DNA of 64,000 nucleotides from NCBI RefSeq assembly GCF_054482525.1, contig NZ_CM137006.1; one strand, 5' to 3'. Shown piece by piece: positions 10,023 to 22,781 of this stretch (position 1 is its first letter; each line of letters starts with the position of its first letter). The notes under the pieces were generated by a model. It saw only the letters and a program-made list of their open reading frames with translations, ran no database searches and was not told where the DNA came from. The position numbers and the translations under genes were made by a program.

Positions 10023-11567
10023 TTACCCCTGTTGCTGCGTCGGTTGTTCACTCTGCATCGCGCTCGGCCCCAGACGGGCATATTTCTGCATCAGGTAGAC
10101 TTCGGCGATTAAGAACAGGGTGTAAAGCCCTACGATCATGATCAGTGAGAAAGCCAGTTGTCCTGTGGTTAAGGCGGAGTGCGCGGAGTATGTCGGTAAG
10201 ATGTCCTGTATCGCCCACGGCTGACGACCAAACTCGGTCATAAACCACCCGGCTTCAATCGCAATCCACGGCAGCGGCAAACTCCAGAGCGCCATTTTCA
10301 GCACCCAGCGATGCTGGTCGATTTTGCCACGCAGCGTCTGGACAAGCGCAATAAGCATCACCAGTAGCAGCAGGGAACCACAGCCCACCATGATGCGGAA
10401 ACTCCAGAATACCGGCGCAACCTGAGGTATCGCGCCACGCATCGCCGCCTGGTACTGTGCAGCTGTGACATGGTTCATATCCGGCGCATAGCGGGAGAGC
10501 AACATGCCGTAACCAAGGTCGCCTTCCAGCTCCCGAAATGCCTGCAACACATGCGGCTCACGATTGCCTTGCGATATTTCCTGCATTAACAGCCAGGCCA
10601 TACGTCCGCGTTGCAAGCGTGGGTAGGTTTCAGCCATCAAATTCTTCAGACCCGGCACGGGTTTATCTAATGAGTGAGTGGCGAGGATCCCTAGCAGCGC
10701 GGGAATTTTGATAGCAAAGGCGTTACGCTCTTGATCCTGTTCCGGCCAGGCAACCACATGGAACGGTGCAGGTGCAGGTTCCGTTTGCCACTCCCCTTCC
10801 ATCGCCGCCAGTTTTACCGGTTGTACTTGCGCGACTTCATACGCAGAACTGTCTCCGAGTTGCAGCGTGCCGATAATCGCCAGAGTACCGAAGACGGAAC
10901 CGATGGCAAACGAGCGTAATGCAACATCGCGCTCCCGTCCGCGCAGTAAATACCAGGCGCTGATCGCCATAATAAACATGGCCCCGGTCACGTAGCCCGC
11001 CATTACGGTGTGCACAAATTTCACCTGGCTGACCGGGTTAAAGACCAACTCGCTGAAACTGGTCATCTCCATACGCAGGGTGTCGATATCAAAATGCGCA
11101 CCGGTCGGGTATTGCATCCAACCGTTGGCATTCAATATCCACAATGCAGAGAGATTTGAACCGAACGCCACCAGCCACGTCACCAGCAGGTGCTGGTATT
11201 TATTCAGCCGCTGCCAGCCGAAGAAGAACAGCCCGACAAAGGTGGATTCGAGGAAGAAGGCCATTAATGCTTCCATCGCCAGCGGTGCGCCAAAAATATC
11301 GCCCACATAGTTGGAATAGAATGACCAGTTAGTACCAAACTGAAACTCCATGGTCAGGCCGGTAGCCACGCCAAGAGCAAAGTTGATACCGAAGAGCTTA
11401 CCCCAGAAGCGCGTCATATCGCGGTAGATTGTTTTGCCGGTGACCACGTAAATGGTTTCCATGATAGCCAGCAAAAAAATCAGCCCCAGGGTAAGGGGTA
11501 CAAATAAAAAGTGATACAGCGCGGTCAGTGCAAACTGCCAGCGCGATAAATCAATGACATCCCACAT
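10023..11567 (-). CDS. appC: AppC, cytochrome bd-II ubiquinol oxidase subunit I
   Basis: Track ORF 10023-11573; start at [29 protein letters not shown]... (514 aa), CydA-like. Confidence 0.95.
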   Translation of the reverse strand: MWDVIDLSRWQFALTALYHFLFVPLTLGLIFLLAIMETIYVVTGKTIYRDMTRFWGKLFGINFALGVATGLTMEFQFGTNWSFYSNYVGDIFGAPLAMEALMAFFLESTFVGLFFFGWQRLNKYQHLLVTWLVAFGSNLSALWILNANGWMQYPTGAHFDIDTLRMEMTSFSELVFNPVSQVKFVHTVMAGYVTGAMFIMAISAWYLLRGRERDVALRSFAIGSVFGTLAIIGTLQLGDSSAYEVAQVQPVKLAAMEGEWQTEPAPAPFHVVAWPEQDQERNAFAIKIPALLGILATHSLDKPVPGLKNLMAETYPRLQRGRMAWLLMQEISQGNREPHVLQAFRELEGDLGYGMLLSRYAPDMNHVTAAQYQAAMRGAIPQVAPVFWSFRIMVGCGSLLLLVMLIALVQTLRGKIDQHRWVLKMALWSLPLPWIAIEAGWFMTEFGRQPWAIQDILPTYSAHSALTTGQLAFSLIMIVGLYTLFLIAEVYLMQKYARLGPSAMQSEQPTQQQG

Positions 11568-11700
11568 GCGCACTCCTGTAGGCGAAGAGAGAAAAATAAC
11601 CCGATAATGGTAGATCTCCCTCTTTATCCTGAAACTCTACGACCAGAGGTATTCGCCGATTGCGATATTCATAAGACTGAAAGCGATACTTACCGTCTTT

Positions 11701-12558
11701 TTACGTCGGTGCACCTTCCGCCAGCCACTGACATACCTCGCTAAGCCGCTGCGCTGAGTCGACCAAATCTTCTGGCGCTGCCAGCACCACTTCCGGTATT
11801 GGGCAGATTTCATAACTTTCCAGTAACGGGCCTTTTAAGGTGTCCGTACAGCGTAAATGCCAGACATGGCGTAACCCCGTGGCGTTGATATAGCTCTCGC
11901 CATAGCCAATGGTGCGAATCTGAATATTTCCCGGCCCACAGAGACGTGAGAGAAAAAGCCGATCAGCCTCGCTGATGGGTAATTGCGTCAGATTAATGCT
12001 GTGCGGCTGCGCGTCGGGGTTACGTACATGTGCCAGTAACTCATGCGCCAACGGTAGGCCATTCATCAGGCCATCAATGGGCGGCGGTAACAGCGAATCT
12101 GTCGGCAAGAGATTTTGCGTTGCCGCCTGCCACAACGCCAGCGGCGCGCAGCCAGCCTCCAGTTTGTCCTCCAGCAACTTTTCGCCGCGACGTCTGCGCA
12201 CCCGCCATAATCCGCAGAAGATCGCCTCCTGTATTTCACTTTCACTGTCGTCAGCCTGCTGAATGCGCACTGACACTTCCCCTTCCCCGAGAAGCGTATT
12301 GATAAAGTGACGATCGTCGGCGTTGAGATTTAACAGATCGACTGCCAGCACCTCGCCCAACGGCGGCTGGCGTTGACTTAGTTGATGTTGTAACTCGTTT
12401 AACAGCGCAATCACCTGCGGGCTGTGAGCACATTGCTCCAGGGCCGCCATACTCGGTTCATCATTCACCTGACAGGTGATCGGCAGTGGATTCATGCTGA
12501 AACTGTCATCGTTCGGTTGCGTTCCTGGCCCCAGCAGATGGAAAAAAGTTTCGCTCAT
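11701..12558 (-). CDS. hyaF: HyaF, hydrogenase-1 operon protein (nickel incorporation/maturation)
   Basis: Track ORF 11701-12618; internal start [34 protein letters not shown]... gives 285 aa, overlapping the hyaE stop. Confidence 0.92.
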   Translation of the reverse strand: MSETFFHLLGPGTQPNDDSFSMNPLPITCQVNDEPSMAALEQCAHSPQVIALLNELQHQLSQRQPPLGEVLAVDLLNLNADDRHFINTLLGEGEVSVRIQQADDSESEIQEAIFCGLWRVRRRRGEKLLEDKLEAGCAPLALWQAATQNLLPTDSLLPPPIDGLMNGLPLAHELLAHVRNPDAQPHSINLTQLPISEADRLFLSRLCGPGNIQIRTIGYGESYINATGLRHVWHLRCTDTLKGPLLESYEICPIPEVVLAAPEDLVDSAQRLSEVCQWLAEGAPT

Positions 12559-12953
12559 GAGGCACGCTCCTGTTGTGGTTCGACAAGCCCACGCATCAGG
12601 TTTATCAGTTCCGCCCACGGGTGAATACCATTCAGCACGCCGCGATAGTTTCCGCCGGTAAACACTAATGTGGCGGGAAAGCGAAAGACGCCAAAGCGAT
12701 CGCCGATGGCTTCGCTCTGCTCAAGGTCAGCAATCGCCACCTGCCATGTGTAGTCGGGAAACTCGCGCAGTAATTCGCCAATCATTACCGGATTATCGCT
12801 GACCTCTGGCGTGCGTTTCGGGTCACTGCTTAATAACACCACGCCGTCTGGCGCTTGCGTAAGCCAGTCGTCAAGACGGGATTCACTGACCGGCGTCCAG
12901 CCGCGCGCCAGCATTCGTTGCCACAACGCATCAAATGGCGTGTCGTTGCTCAT
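12555..12953 (-). CDS. hyaE: HyaE, hydrogenase-1 chaperone-type protein
   Basis: 132-aa [34 protein letters not shown]...; operon position between hyaD and hyaF with 4-bp overlaps. Confidence 0.93.
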   Translation of the reverse strand: MSNDTPFDALWQRMLARGWTPVSESRLDDWLTQAPDGVVLLSSDPKRTPEVSDNPVMIGELLREFPDYTWQVAIADLEQSEAIGDRFGVFRFPATLVFTGGNYRGVLNGIHPWAELINLMRGLVEPQQERAS

Positions 12954-13537
12954 CTCTGCTCCTCCAACGTCATCCGGTACTGGCGCAAGCGAATGCCTTC
13001 ATAATTTTCCATCGACAGACAGTCATAATTGAGACAGCGCGATTCATTAGCCGGTTGCGGCACAATTCCCCATGCAGCCAGCTGCGCCAGCGCCGCCTGT
13101 TCCGCTGCGGGCAGTTGCTCCCGTGCCAGTTCGCTCAGGCTGCCGCCGTAGTCGTCGAGCATTGCGGGTTGCAGACCGACGAGGGCAATATGTGCTGGCA
13201 GATGTCCGCGGATATCTGCCAGCGCCAGCACTTCGGAGAAACTGTTCTGGTGCAGGCTCATTTTCTTCGCGCTGAGATAAGCCGGAATGCGTTCTCCGGC
13301 ATAGGTTCGCAGCGTTCCGGGTTCCAGCCCGTAATCAATGGCATCGAGGATCAACAAGTGACTGGCGCTTTCGACATACCCCAGCAAGTTCAGTCCCTGA
13401 GTACCGCCATCGACAATCTCCACATACTCGGGCCAGTGGTAATGGGCATACAGCCGTTCCGCCACCCGCACGCCGAAGCCTTCATCGGCCCACAGCAGGT
13501 TGCCCAGCCCCATTACCACCACGCGTTGCTCGCTCAT
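12950..13537 (-). CDS. hyaD: HyaD, hydrogenase-1 large-subunit maturation endopeptidase
   Basis: 195-aa [32 protein letters not shown]... (HybD/HycI family). Confidence 0.95.
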   Translation of the reverse strand: MSEQRVVVMGLGNLLWADEGFGVRVAERLYAHYHWPEYVEIVDGGTQGLNLLGYVESASHLLILDAIDYGLEPGTLRTYAGERIPAYLSAKKMSLHQNSFSEVLALADIRGHLPAHIALVGLQPAMLDDYGGSLSELAREQLPAAEQAALAQLAAWGIVPQPANESRCLNYDCLSMENYEGIRLRQYRMTLEEQR

Positions 13538-14241
13538 GAACGCTCCTTGTTACTTATTTTGCCAAATTTGTGGCTACGGTAGCCGTTGACCATGGTGGAG
13601 ATCACTGTGTCGTCGGACATGATGTCTTCACGCAGCGCCATGTAGACATGACCGATAACAAACGCGCCAATCAGCCACATCCCCAGCCGATGCCAGCTGT
13701 GAATGTCCATTGAGTTGCCGCCCGTCCAGTAGAAAAATTCCACCACATAACGGAACGGCGCAAAAATAGCGTACTGGCTGTGTTCGCTGTATAGCGCAAA
13801 GCCGGTGATGATCATAAAAACTGACATCAGGAAATAGCCGAACATCGCCGCCTGGGCGATGGGGTTATGGCCAATATCGGCACTCGGACGTTTTGCCAGA
13901 AACAGATACCAGCGGATTTCATACCACACGCCCTGCCACCAGCTTTTACGCCATACTGGCACGATAAACAGCTCGCGGGAGTAGCGATTGCCAACAAAAG
14001 CCCAGTAGATCCGCATCAGCAAGACCACGGTAAAAACCATCCCGGCGCTGAAGTGAATTAACCTGATGTAGCCCATATAGAACAGATACGTCGCCTCGCC
14101 ACTGACGGAAGGTAGCGGCTTGCCGATAAAGTAACCGGTGACCATCAACACCGCCATGCATAACACCGTCAGCCAGTGCCATATCCGCACGGGTGCTTCA
14201 AAGACATAGTGACTGACAACGTTGTCGCTTTTCTGTTGCAT
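13534..14241 (-). CDS. hyaC: HyaC, hydrogenase-1 b-type cytochrome membrane subunit
   Basis: 235-aa polytopic [47 protein letters not shown]... Confidence 0.95.
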   Translation of the reverse strand: MQQKSDNVVSHYVFEAPVRIWHWLTVLCMAVLMVTGYFIGKPLPSVSGEATYLFYMGYIRLIHFSAGMVFTVVLLMRIYWAFVGNRYSRELFIVPVWRKSWWQGVWYEIRWYLFLAKRPSADIGHNPIAQAAMFGYFLMSVFMIITGFALYSEHSQYAIFAPFRYVVEFFYWTGGNSMDIHSWHRLGMWLIGAFVIGHVYMALREDIMSDDTVISTMVNGYRSHKFGKISNKERS

Positions 14242-14259
14242 GATGATTCTCCTTCGCTG

Positions 14260-16053
14260 TTAACGCACCTGCACGGAGATCAGCTCGCTACCGTCGTCGC
14301 CCAGCACGTGTGTTGAACAGGCGAGGCACGGGTCAAAGCTGTGCAGAGTACGCAGGATCTCCAGCGGTTGCTCGGGGATCGCCATTTTGGTGTTCATCAG
14401 CGCCGCTTCATAAGCGCCAATCTGCCCTTTGGGATCGCGCGGGCTGGCGTTCCAGGTGGTCGGCACCACGCACTGATAGAGATCAATCTTGCCATCGCGA
14501 ATGGCAGCCCAGTGGCCTAACGCCCCGCGCGGCGCTTCGGTAAAGCCGACGCCACGGCACTCTGTCGGCCAGGTTGTAGGTTCCCATTTTTCAGTGGAAG
14601 CAGTGGCGAGATTGCCGTTTTTCAGGTTGGTCATCAGCTTGTCGAAGAAATACTGCAACTTACCTGCGGCCCACTGCGCTTCGTGCGCGCGACACAAAAT
14701 GCGGCCCAACGTTGACTGGATGCCGGAAAGCGGCAGGTTCAACGCCGACATCATGCGATCAACCGACTCAACGGTCGCAGCATCGCCTTTGTGATAAGCG
14801 ATTAACGTGCGTGCCAGCGGCCCCACTTCCATCGCATTACCGCGCCAGCGTGGCGCTTTGATCCACGAGTAGCGTTCCTGTTCATTCAGCTGCTGAATGT
14901 TGGTATCGCTGCCTTTGACATCGCCGGGGTTGTACCACGGGTCGGTGATGCCATCGAACGGATGACGCCCGACCTGATCGTTGGGATATCGATACCAGGC
15001 GTGGTCGACAAACTCCTGCACCTGCTGCGGATCAACCAAATCCACTGGCAGCACATTGTTGAAGTCGCCGTTAATCACCGCGCCGCCAGGCATCAGCAGA
15101 CTTTTCTCGCCAAAGTCGTTGGCGATATCCGGGAACGCGCCGTAACTGAGAACGCATTTATCAGAAAGACCCGTGCCGATTTCGCTCCACGGTTTGTTGA
15201 ACTGGCCGATGGCTAAGGCGTCGGGGATCATCACGTTGTTAATGAAGTCCGCCGTGCGGGTGATAATTGACTGCACCAGGTTCAGGCGTTCCATATTGAC
15301 CGCCCCGACCGCGCCGCTTTCGTCAATGTTAATGGCGCAAGGCATCCCGCCGACAATCCAGTTTGGATGCGGGTTTTTACCGCCAAAGACCGCGTGGATT
15401 TTGACAATTTCACGCTGGAAATCGAGAGCTTCGAGATAGTGGGCAAAGCCCATCAGGTTAGCTTCTGGCGGCAGTTTGTACTGCGGGTGCCCCCAGTAGC
15501 CATTGCGGAAGATCCCCAACTGCCCGCCTTCAACGAATTTCTTCAGGCGATTTTGTACGTCGAAGAAATAGCCAGGGGATGATTTCGGCCATGAGGAGAG
15601 ACTTTGCGCCAGTTCGGAGGTTTTCCGCGGGTCGGCTTTCAGCGCATCTAACACATCGATCCAGTCCATCCCGGCAAGCTGATAGAAGTGCACCAGATGA
15701 TCGTGGCACCAGAGCGTTGCCAGCATAATGTTGCGGATGATATTGGCGTTGTCCGGCACTTTAATACCGATGGCATCTTCGATGGCGTAAACCGAAGCCA
15801 GGGCGTGTACGCCAGTACAGACGCCGCAGATACGTTCAACGAACGCCCACGCATCGCGCGGGTCGCGCCCTTGCAGGATGATCTCCAGCCCGCGAAACAT
15901 GGTGCCGCAGGAGACGGCATTGGTGATTACATTCTGATCGTTGATATTCACTTCGCAGCGCATGTGGCCTTCAATGCGCGTAATCGGGTCGACCACCAGG
16001 CGGCGTCCGGCATTATTGATGGTGTATCCCTGAGTTTTGTACTGAGTGCTCAT
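14260..16053 (-). CDS. hyaB: HyaB, [NiFe] hydrogenase-1 large subunit
   Basis: 597-aa ORF with N-terminal RxCGxC motif ([10 protein letters not shown]) and C-terminal DPCxxC motif (DPCLACSTH) that ligand the NiFe site. Confidence 0.97.
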   Translation of the reverse strand: MSTQYKTQGYTINNAGRRLVVDPITRIEGHMRCEVNINDQNVITNAVSCGTMFRGLEIILQGRDPRDAWAFVERICGVCTGVHALASVYAIEDAIGIKVPDNANIIRNIMLATLWCHDHLVHFYQLAGMDWIDVLDALKADPRKTSELAQSLSSWPKSSPGYFFDVQNRLKKFVEGGQLGIFRNGYWGHPQYKLPPEANLMGFAHYLEALDFQREIVKIHAVFGGKNPHPNWIVGGMPCAINIDESGAVGAVNMERLNLVQSIITRTADFINNVMIPDALAIGQFNKPWSEIGTGLSDKCVLSYGAFPDIANDFGEKSLLMPGGAVINGDFNNVLPVDLVDPQQVQEFVDHAWYRYPNDQVGRHPFDGITDPWYNPGDVKGSDTNIQQLNEQERYSWIKAPRWRGNAMEVGPLARTLIAYHKGDAATVESVDRMMSALNLPLSGIQSTLGRILCRAHEAQWAAGKLQYFFDKLMTNLKNGNLATASTEKWEPTTWPTECRGVGFTEAPRGALGHWAAIRDGKIDLYQCVVPTTWNASPRDPKGQIGAYEAALMNTKMAIPEQPLEILRTLHSFDPCLACSTHVLGDDGSELISVQVR

Positions 16054-17168
16054 GCCTGTTTATCCTCATTGCCTGGCTGATGTTCGGTTTCTGTAGGTTG
16101 CTGGTTATGACGTCTGCGTTGGTCAACGGCGCTGGCAACTGCGTGCACACCAACAGCCGCTGCCACCACGCCAAGCGCGGTTAAACCGACGGTATCGGCG
16201 GTGGAATGAGTACCCATTTGTGGAATATCGACCACGCGGCTGTAGAACGAACCGCGATCCCAGAAACCATTTTCCGCACAACCCAGGCAGCCGTGACCTG
16301 ACTGGATTGGGAAAGAAACGCCATCGTTCCAGCGTGTGGAGGAACAGGCGTTATAGGTGGTAGGCCCTTTGCAGCCCATTTTGTACAGGCAGTAACCTTT
16401 GCGGGCAGCGTCATCGTCCCAACTCTGCACGAACTCTCCGGCGTCAAAGTGAGCGCGGCGATAACATTTATCGTGGATTCGCTGACCATAGAACATCAAT
16501 GGACGGCCCATTCTGTCGACATCCGGCAGACGATCAAAGGTCACCATGTAAGTAATGATGGCGCTCATCACATCCGGGATTGGCGGGCAGCCTGGCACTT
16601 TAATGATCGGTTTGTCGGTAATGACTTTATCGATAGGCGTTGCCTGCGTCGGGTTAGGTCGCGCGGCTTGTACACAGCCCCAGGACGCACAGGTGCCCCA
16701 GGCAATAATTGCACTGGCTCCGGCAGCGGCACGTTTGAGTTTCTCAATAAACGGTCGACCGCTGCTGATACAAAACATCCCCTGCTCGCCCAGCGGCGGA
16801 TTACCTTCTACTGCGAGGATATATTTGCCATTGTATTGCGTGATGATGTCTTCAAAGACTTCTTCCGCCTGGGTTCCGGCGGCAGCCATCAAAGTATCGT
16901 CGTAATCGAGGGAAATCAGGGAAAGGATGACGTCCTTCGCCAGTGGGTGAGCGGAGCGGATAAAAGATTCGGTACAGCAGGTGCATTCCAGACCGTGGAT
17001 CCACACCACCGGAATGCGGGGTTTGTTCTCCAGCGCCCAGGCAATCTTTGGTGCCATCCCCGCGCCTAATCCCAGCGACGTTGCAGCCAGACTGCAATAT
17101 TTGAGAAAGCTGCGCCGGGTAACGCCCTGACGCCGCATGGCCTGGTAAAATGTTTCCTCGTTATTCAT
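16050..17168 (-). CDS. hyaA: HyaA, [NiFe] hydrogenase-1 small subunit (Tat-exported)
   Basis: Track ORF 16050-17195; start at [35 protein letters not shown]... (twin-arginine signal RRxFLK), 372 aa. Confidence 0.95.
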   Translation of the reverse strand: MNNEETFYQAMRRQGVTRRSFLKYCSLAATSLGLGAGMAPKIAWALENKPRIPVVWIHGLECTCCTESFIRSAHPLAKDVILSLISLDYDDTLMAAAGTQAEEVFEDIITQYNGKYILAVEGNPPLGEQGMFCISSGRPFIEKLKRAAAGASAIIAWGTCASWGCVQAARPNPTQATPIDKVITDKPIIKVPGCPPIPDVMSAIITYMVTFDRLPDVDRMGRPLMFYGQRIHDKCYRRAHFDAGEFVQSWDDDAARKGYCLYKMGCKGPTTYNACSSTRWNDGVSFPIQSGHGCLGCAENGFWDRGSFYSRVVDIPQMGTHSTADTVGLTALGVVAAAVGVHAVASAVDQRRRHNQQPTETEHQPGNEDKQA

Positions 17169-17593
17169 ATCGCACGTCTCTTCTCCTTGCGACACCGGCA
17201 GGACACCGGGCGCTTATGGTCGGCAAGCGACGTCCCTGTAGCAAGGCAAACCATCGCTTCACGTGAGATGCTGAAAACGAAAGCTCATCCTTCTGCACTG
17301 GCGCACGTCGCCAGAAAGTAATGTTAATAAAGCGTAGTGAAACTTTTGCACAAAACAATACAAACTGTGTGGATTTATCTTTTAGCGATAAAAATGGACC
17401 TATTTTTCTTTGGCCGGGCGGTGGGGATGTTTAGCCGGTTGCTAAACGAGTAAAAGAGAAGGAATTCATGGTGATGAAATGATCAATCTGCTGTTATTTC
17501 ACGCTATCAATGCACTTTTGGCTGTTTTTCAGGCAAACAAACAAATTAGGGGTTTACACGCCGCATCGGGATGTTTATAGTGCGCGTCATTCC

Positions 17594-17681
17594 GGAAGTG
17601 TGGCCGAGCGGTTGAAGGCACCGGTCTTGAAAACCGGCGACCCGAAAGGGTTCCAGAGTTCGAATCTCTGCGCTTCCGCCA
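17594..17681 (+). tRNA. serT: tRNA-Ser (anticodon UGA), class II tRNA with long variable arm
   Basis: GGAAGTGTGGCCGAGCGGTTGAAGGCACCGGTCTTGAAAACCGGCGACCCGAAAGGGTTCCAGAGTTCGAATCTCTGCGCTTCCGCCA: acceptor stem pairs with 3' CGCTTCC, anticodon loop CTTGAAA, T-loop GTTCGAATC, 3' CCA; 88 nt. Hand-counted coordinates. Confidence 0.93.
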
Positions 17682-17689
17682 AATAAGAT

Positions 17690-17720
17690 AAGGGGTTAGC
17701 TAAATGCTAACCCCTTTTTC
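17690..17720 (+). terminator. Rho-independent terminator after serT
   Basis: AAGGGGTTAGC-TAAAT-GCTAACCCCTT hairpin followed by a T-run. Confidence 0.75.
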
Positions 17721-17887
17721 TTTTGCCTGTCGAAATTCTCAGGGCGTTATATTTGCTTAATGACCTGATAATCCGCTGTTAAACCTGTTCCAGATCAAAT
17801 GCGTAAAGATGGGTAAAACTTCTGGGTGCCCTTACGCATTATCATTATGCTGCTTAATTAATTACATCTGTCATAGAGAGTGACTCA

Positions 17888-18547
17888 ATGGATCGTATTG
17901 TTAGTTCTTCACATGACCGTACATCGCTGCTTAGCACCCATAAGGTGCTGCGTAATACCTATTTTCTGCTGAGCCTGACGCTGGCCTTTTCGGCGATTAC
18001 CGCAACTGCCAGTACGGTGCTGATGCTGCCATCTCCGGGTCTGATTTTGACGCTGGTGGGTATGTATGGTTTGATGTTCCTGACCTATAAAACGGCGAAT
18101 AAGCCGACCGGAATTATCTCCGCATTCGCCTTTACCGGTTTTCTGGGTTATATCCTCGGACCAATTCTGAATACCTATCTGTCTGCCGGAATGGGTGACG
18201 TAATCGCTATGGCACTGGGCGGAACGGCGTTAGTGTTCTTCTGCTGCTCTGCGTATGTGCTGACCACCCGCAAAGATATGTCGTTCCTTGGCGGTATGCT
18301 GATGGCGGGTATTGTGGTGGTGCTGATTGGTATGGTTGCTAATATCTTCCTGCAGCTGCCTGCCCTGCATCTGGCGATCAGCGCGGTCTTTATTCTGATC
18401 TCCTCTGGCGCTATCTTGTTTGAAACCAGCAACATCATTCATGGCGGTGAAACGAACTATATTCGTGCCACGGTTAGCCTTTATGTTTCGCTGTACAACA
18501 TCTTCGTCAGCCTGCTGAGCATTCTGGGCTTCGCCAGCCGCGATTAA
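17888..18547 (+). CDS. yccA: YccA, BAX-inhibitor-1 family inner membrane protein (FtsH substrate/modulator)
   Basis: 219-aa [45 protein letters not shown]... with 7 predicted TM segments. Confidence 0.95.
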   Translation: MDRIVSSSHDRTSLLSTHKVLRNTYFLLSLTLAFSAITATASTVLMLPSPGLILTLVGMYGLMFLTYKTANKPTGIISAFAFTGFLGYILGPILNTYLSAGMGDVIAMALGGTALVFFCCSAYVLTTRKDMSFLGGMLMAGIVVVLIGMVANIFLQLPALHLAISAVFILISSGAILFETSNIIHGGETNYIRATVSLYVSLYNIFVSLLSILGFASRD

Positions 18548-18569
18548 TCTCACCCGCTAACACTTTCAT

Positions 18570-18599
18570 AGCCTCGCTTTATGCGGGGCTTTGTTTTTT
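18570..18599 (+). terminator. Probable rho-independent terminator after yccA
   Basis: AGCCTCGC-TTTAT-GCGGGGCT imperfect hairpin followed by TTGTTTTTT. Confidence 0.55.
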
Positions 18600-18637
18600 G
18601 TTACACTGCCGCCAGTCTGATTAAGGTAGTAATAATT

Positions 18638-18967
18638 ATGCTGATCTTCGAAGGTAAAGAGATAGAAACGGATACCGAAGGCTATCTCAAAGAAAGCAGC
18701 CAGTGGAGTGAGCCGCTGGCAGTGGTGATTGCAGAGAACGAAGGGATTTCGCTGTCGCCAGAACACTGGGAAGTGGTGCGTTTTGTGCGTGATTTCTATC
18801 TGGAATTCAATACTTCTCCGGCGATTCGTATGCTGGTAAAAGCGATGGCGAATAAATTTGGCGAAGAAAAAGGTAACAGCCGCTATTTATACCGACTGTT
18901 TCCGAAAGGTCCGGCTAAGCAAGCCACCAAAATTGCTGGCCTGCCAAAACCGGTAAAATGTATTTAA
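18638..18967 (+). CDS. tusE: TusE, sulfur relay protein (DsrC-like) for tRNA 2-thiouridine synthesis
   Basis: Track ORF 18581-18967; start at [37 protein letters not shown]... gives 109 aa, ending in the conserved C-terminal cysteine (..PKPVKCI). Confidence 0.93.
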
Positions 18968-19242
18968 CGGATACGAAAATCGGTTAATTCCCCCGAGGGA
19001 TGATGCGGCTCGTTGAGCACCCGTTCCACACGTGCAGAACGCGGGCCGCCACTCTTTAACCACTGCATTAATTTTTCTACCTGCCCTTCTTCACCGCAGG
19101 CAACCACTTCCACGCTGCCATCGTCAAGATTTTTGGCGTACCCGGCTAATCCCAGTTTTTTCGCTTCGTACTGCGTGGTATAGCGAAATCCAACGCCCTG
19201 AACTCGCCCGTAAACCCAGGCAATTATGCAGACTTTCGACAT
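18964..19242 (-). CDS. yccX: Acylphosphatase
   Basis: Track ORF 18964-19455; start at [54 protein letters not shown]... (92 aa) with the acylphosphatase signature VQGVGFR. 4-bp convergent overlap with tusE. Confidence 0.9.
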
Positions 19243-19336
19243 TGCTGCTCTCCTTATCCTTAATGGACGCGTTGCAAATCCATGGAAAACTCCGGACAAT
19301 GACGCCCATTTCTTTGCATCGACAGAAAAGTAAATT

Positions 19337-20527
19337 ATGAGTGTACGTTTAGTGTTAGCCAAAGGGCGCGAAAAATCATTACTTCGTCGCCATCCGTGGA
19401 TCTTTTCCGGGGCCGTTGCCCGCATGGAAGGTAAAGCCAGCCTCGGGGAAACCATCGATATTGTTGATCATCAGGGAAAATGGTTAGCACGCGGCGCTTA
19501 TTCGCCAGCTTCGCAAATCCGGGCGCGCGTCTGGACGTTTGACCCGAATGAATCTATCGACATTGCTTTTTTTACCCGCCGTTTGCAACAAGCGCAAAAA
19601 TGGCGTGACTGGCTGGCGCAAAAAGATGGCCTCGACAGCTATCGTTTAATCGCCGGAGAATCTGATGGCCTGCCGGGTATTACTATCGATCGTTTCGGTA
19701 ATTTTCTGGTGCTGCAACTACTGAGTGCTGGCGCAGAGTATCAGCGCGCGGCATTAATTAGCGCCCTGCAAACGCTGTACCCGGAATGTGCGATTTACGA
19801 TCGCAGCGATGTTGCGGTACGTAAAAAAGAAGGGATGGAGCTGACCCAGGGCCCCGTCACCGGCGAGTTGCCGCCTGCCCTGCTGCCGATTGAAGAACAC
19901 GGCATGAAGCTGCTGGTGGATATTCAGCACGGACACAAAACGGGCTACTACCTGGATCAGCGTGATAGCCGCCTGGCTACCCGCCGCTACGTTGAAAATA
20001 AACGCGTACTGAACTGTTTCTCCTATACCGGTGGTTTCGCCGTATCGGCACTGATGGGCGGTTGCAGCCAGGTTGTCAGCGTTGATACCTCCCAGGAAGC
20101 CCTGGATATTGCACGGCAGAACGTTGAGCTGAACAAACTGGATCTGAGCAAGGCTGAGTTTGTCCGTGATGATGTCTTTAAATTGCTGCGTACTTATCGC
20201 GATCGCGGTGAAAAATTTGACGTTATCGTGATGGACCCGCCGAAGTTTGTTGAGAATAAAAGCCAGTTGATGGGCGCGTGTCGTGGCTATAAAGATATCA
20301 ACATGCTGGCGATTCAGTTGCTGAATGAAGGCGGTATTCTCCTGACTTTCTCCTGTTCCGGTCTGATGACCAGCGATTTATTTCAGAAAATCATCGCGGA
20401 TGCCGCAATTGATGCCGGTCGTGATGTACAATTTATAGAGCAGTTCCGTCAGGCAGCCGATCATCCGGTGATCGCTACCTATCCGGAAGGGCTATATCTG
20501 AAAGGGTTTGCCTGTCGCGTCATGTAA
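19337..20527 (+). CDS. rlmI: RlmI, 23S rRNA m5C1962 methyltransferase
   Basis: 396-aa [35 protein letters not shown]...; PUA-like N-terminus and SAM-dependent MTase core. Confidence 0.95.
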   Translation: MSVRLVLAKGREKSLLRRHPWIFSGAVARMEGKASLGETIDIVDHQGKWLARGAYSPASQIRARVWTFDPNESIDIAFFTRRLQQAQKWRDWLAQKDGLDSYRLIAGESDGLPGITIDRFGNFLVLQLLSAGAEYQRAALISALQTLYPECAIYDRSDVAVRKKEGMELTQGPVTGELPPALLPIEEHGMKLLVDIQHGHKTGYYLDQRDSRLATRRYVENKRVLNCFSYTGGFAVSALMGGCSQVVSVDTSQEALDIARQNVELNKLDLSKAEFVRDDVFKLLRTYRDRGEKFDVIVMDPPKFVENKSQLMGACRGYKDINMLAIQLLNEGGILLTFSCSGLMTSDLFQKIIADAAIDAGRDVQFIEQFRQAADHPVIATYPEGLYLKGFACRVM

Positions 20528-20902
<375 letters not shown>

Positions 20903-20912
20903 TCCCTGAACA

Positions 20913-20946
20913 AATCCCCGGAAGGTTTTTGCCTTCCGGGGATTTT
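20913..20946. terminator. Bidirectional rho-independent terminator between convergent hspQ and yccU
   Basis: AAATCCCCGGAAGG-TTTTT-GCCTTCCGGGGATTT perfect 14-bp stem with T/A runs on both sides. Confidence 0.7.
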
Positions 20947-21360
20947 TTATTTGGCCAGGCCCAGGCGAGGGATCTCAATAGCCGGGCAGCGATCCATCAC
21001 TACATTTAATCCGGCATCCCGAGCCAGTACTGCCGCTTGCTCATTAATCACCCCCAGTTGCATCCAGAGGGTTTTCGCGCCGATGGCGATCGCTTCCTGC
21101 GCTACGCCCCACGCTGCTTCTGAATTCCGGAAAACATCGACCATATCGACTTTTTCAGGAACTTCTGCCAGCGTGCCATACCCCTGCTGGCCCAGCAGTG
21201 TTTTGCCGGCAACTTTTGGCGAAACCGGAATGACGTGATACCCCTGGTCGAGTAGATATTTCATCACGCGATAGCTGGGACGATCGGGTTTGTCGCTTGC
21301 CCCCACCAGCGCAATGGTGTGAGTGGACGTTAAAATGCCTGCAATATCGGTTTCTTTCAT
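20947..21360 (-). CDS. yccU: YccU, CoA-binding domain protein
   Basis: Track ORF 20947-21441; start at [36 protein letters not shown]... (137 aa). Confidence 0.9.
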   Translation of the reverse strand: MKETDIAGILTSTHTIALVGASDKPDRPSYRVMKYLLDQGYHVIPVSPKVAGKTLLGQQGYGTLAEVPEKVDMVDVFRNSEAAWGVAQEAIAIGAKTLWMQLGVINEQAAVLARDAGLNVVMDRCPAIEIPRLGLAK

Positions 21361-21532
21361 TATTTCCTCCAGACTGTTTAACAAAGTGTACGACAAAGCC
21401 GACATGCCAACCATGCAGCTAATACGAATGAATGAGAGCAAAAGCGGGAAATATGTCTATATGTTAGTAAGTATGATTAAAGAAAAATTTTGACACATTA
21501 TTATTCGGGCGGTCTTTTGACAGGAGCTACCT

Positions 21533-22195
21533 ATGAAAACCGGCATCGTGACCACCTTGATTGCATTATGTTTGCCGGTATCCGTTTTTGCCACCACGCT
21601 GCGGCTTTCAACCGATGTCGATCTTCTGGTACTCGACGGTAAAAAGGTTTCCAGCTCTCTGCTGCGCGGTGCGGACAGCATTGAACTGGATAATGGACCG
21701 CATCAGTTAGTGTTTCGCGTTGAGAAGACGATTCATCTTTCCAATAGTGAAGAACGGCTGTATATCTCCCCACCGCTGGTGGTCAGTTTTAATACCCAGC
21801 TCATCAACCAGGTCAATTTTCGCCTGCCTCGTCTGGAGAATGAGCGGGAAGCTAACCATTTTGATGCCGCGCCGCGCCTTGAATTGTTGGATGGCGATGC
21901 GACGCCGATTCCGGTAAAGCTGGATATTCTCGCCATTACCTCAACGGCAAAAACGATTGATTATGAGGTCGAGGTTGAACGCTATAACAAATCCGCGAAA
22001 CGCGCTTCACTACCGCAATTTGCCACGATGATGGCAGATGACAGTACGCTGCTTTCGGGTGTTTCCGAGCTAGATGCTATTCCACCGCAGTCTCAGGTGC
22101 TCACAGAACAACGGCTGAAGTATTGGTTTAAACTGGCTGACCCACAAACGCGAAATACTTTCCTGCAATGGGCGGAAAAACAACCATCTTCCTGA
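21533..22195 (+). CDS. yccT: YccT, secreted protein of unknown function (DUF2057)
   Basis: 220-aa ORF with signal peptide [20 protein letters not shown]. Confidence 0.9.
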
Positions 22196-22204
22196 GATTT
22201 TTGT

Positions 22205-22225
22205 GCCTGTGCGCAGGCTTTTTCG
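22205..22225 (+). terminator. Probable terminator after yccT
   Basis: GCCTG-TGCG-CAGGC hairpin followed by TTTTT. Confidence 0.5.
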
Positions 22226-22291
22226 GTCTTTATCTTGCAGCGATAAGTGCTTACAGTAATCTGTAGGAAAGTTAACTACGGATGTAACATT

Positions 22292-22750
22292 ATGGAACTG
22301 ACGACACGCACTTTACCTGCGCGGAAACATATTGCGCTGGTGGCACACGATCACTGCAAACAAATGCTGATGAGCTGGGTGGAACGACATCAACCGTTAC
22401 TGGAACAACACGTACTGTATGCAACAGGCACTACCGGTAACTTGATTTCCCGTGCAACCGGCATGAACGTCAACGCGATGTTGAGTGGCCCAATGGGGGG
22501 TGACCAGCAGGTTGGCGCATTGATCTCAGAAGGGAAAATTGATGTATTGATTTTCTTCTGGGACCCACTAAACGCCGTGCCGCACGACCCTGACGTGAAA
22601 GCCTTGCTGCGTCTGGCGACGGTATGGAACATTCCGGTCGCCACCAACGTGGCAACGGCAGACTTCATTATCCAGTCGCCGCATTTCAACGACGCGGTCG
22701 ATATTCTGATCCCCGATTATCAGCGTTATCTCGCGGACCGTCTGAAGTAA
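22292..22750 (+). CDS. mgsA: Methylglyoxal synthase
   Basis: Track ORF 22247-22750; start at [34 protein letters not shown]... (152 aa). Confidence 0.95.
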
Positions 22751-22755
22751 TATTG

Positions 22756-22780
22756 CACAGGTGGCAAACGCCACCTGTTT
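22756..22780. terminator. Hairpin between convergent mgsA and helD (probable terminator)
   Basis: CACAGGTGGC-AAAC-GCCACCTGTT followed by TCTT. Confidence 0.5.
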
Positions 22781-22781
22781 C

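Noticed and set aside
12935-13582. 215-aa plus-strand ORF inside the hya operon
   Set aside because: Lies entirely antisense to hyaD/hyaC in a GC-rich region; low-complexity Arg/Gln/Ala-rich translation with no recognisable motifs. Typical shadow ORF.
16449-17069. 206-aa plus-strand ORF antisense to hyaA
   Set aside because: Fully overlapped by the well-supported hyaA gene on the other strand; no motifs; shadow ORF.
17479-17580. 33-codon ORF ([33 protein letters not shown]) just upstream of serT
   Set aside because: No convincing ribosome-binding site, and it overlaps the region where the serT promoter must lie; more likely chance ORF in an AT-rich promoter region. Would need ribosome profiling to revive.
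17594-17681. tRNA-Ser as an integration site for a genomic island or prophage
   Set aside because: tRNA genes are common island insertion sites, but both flanks here are core genes (hyaA and yccA) at normal distances, with no integrase or direct repeat of the tRNA 3' end.
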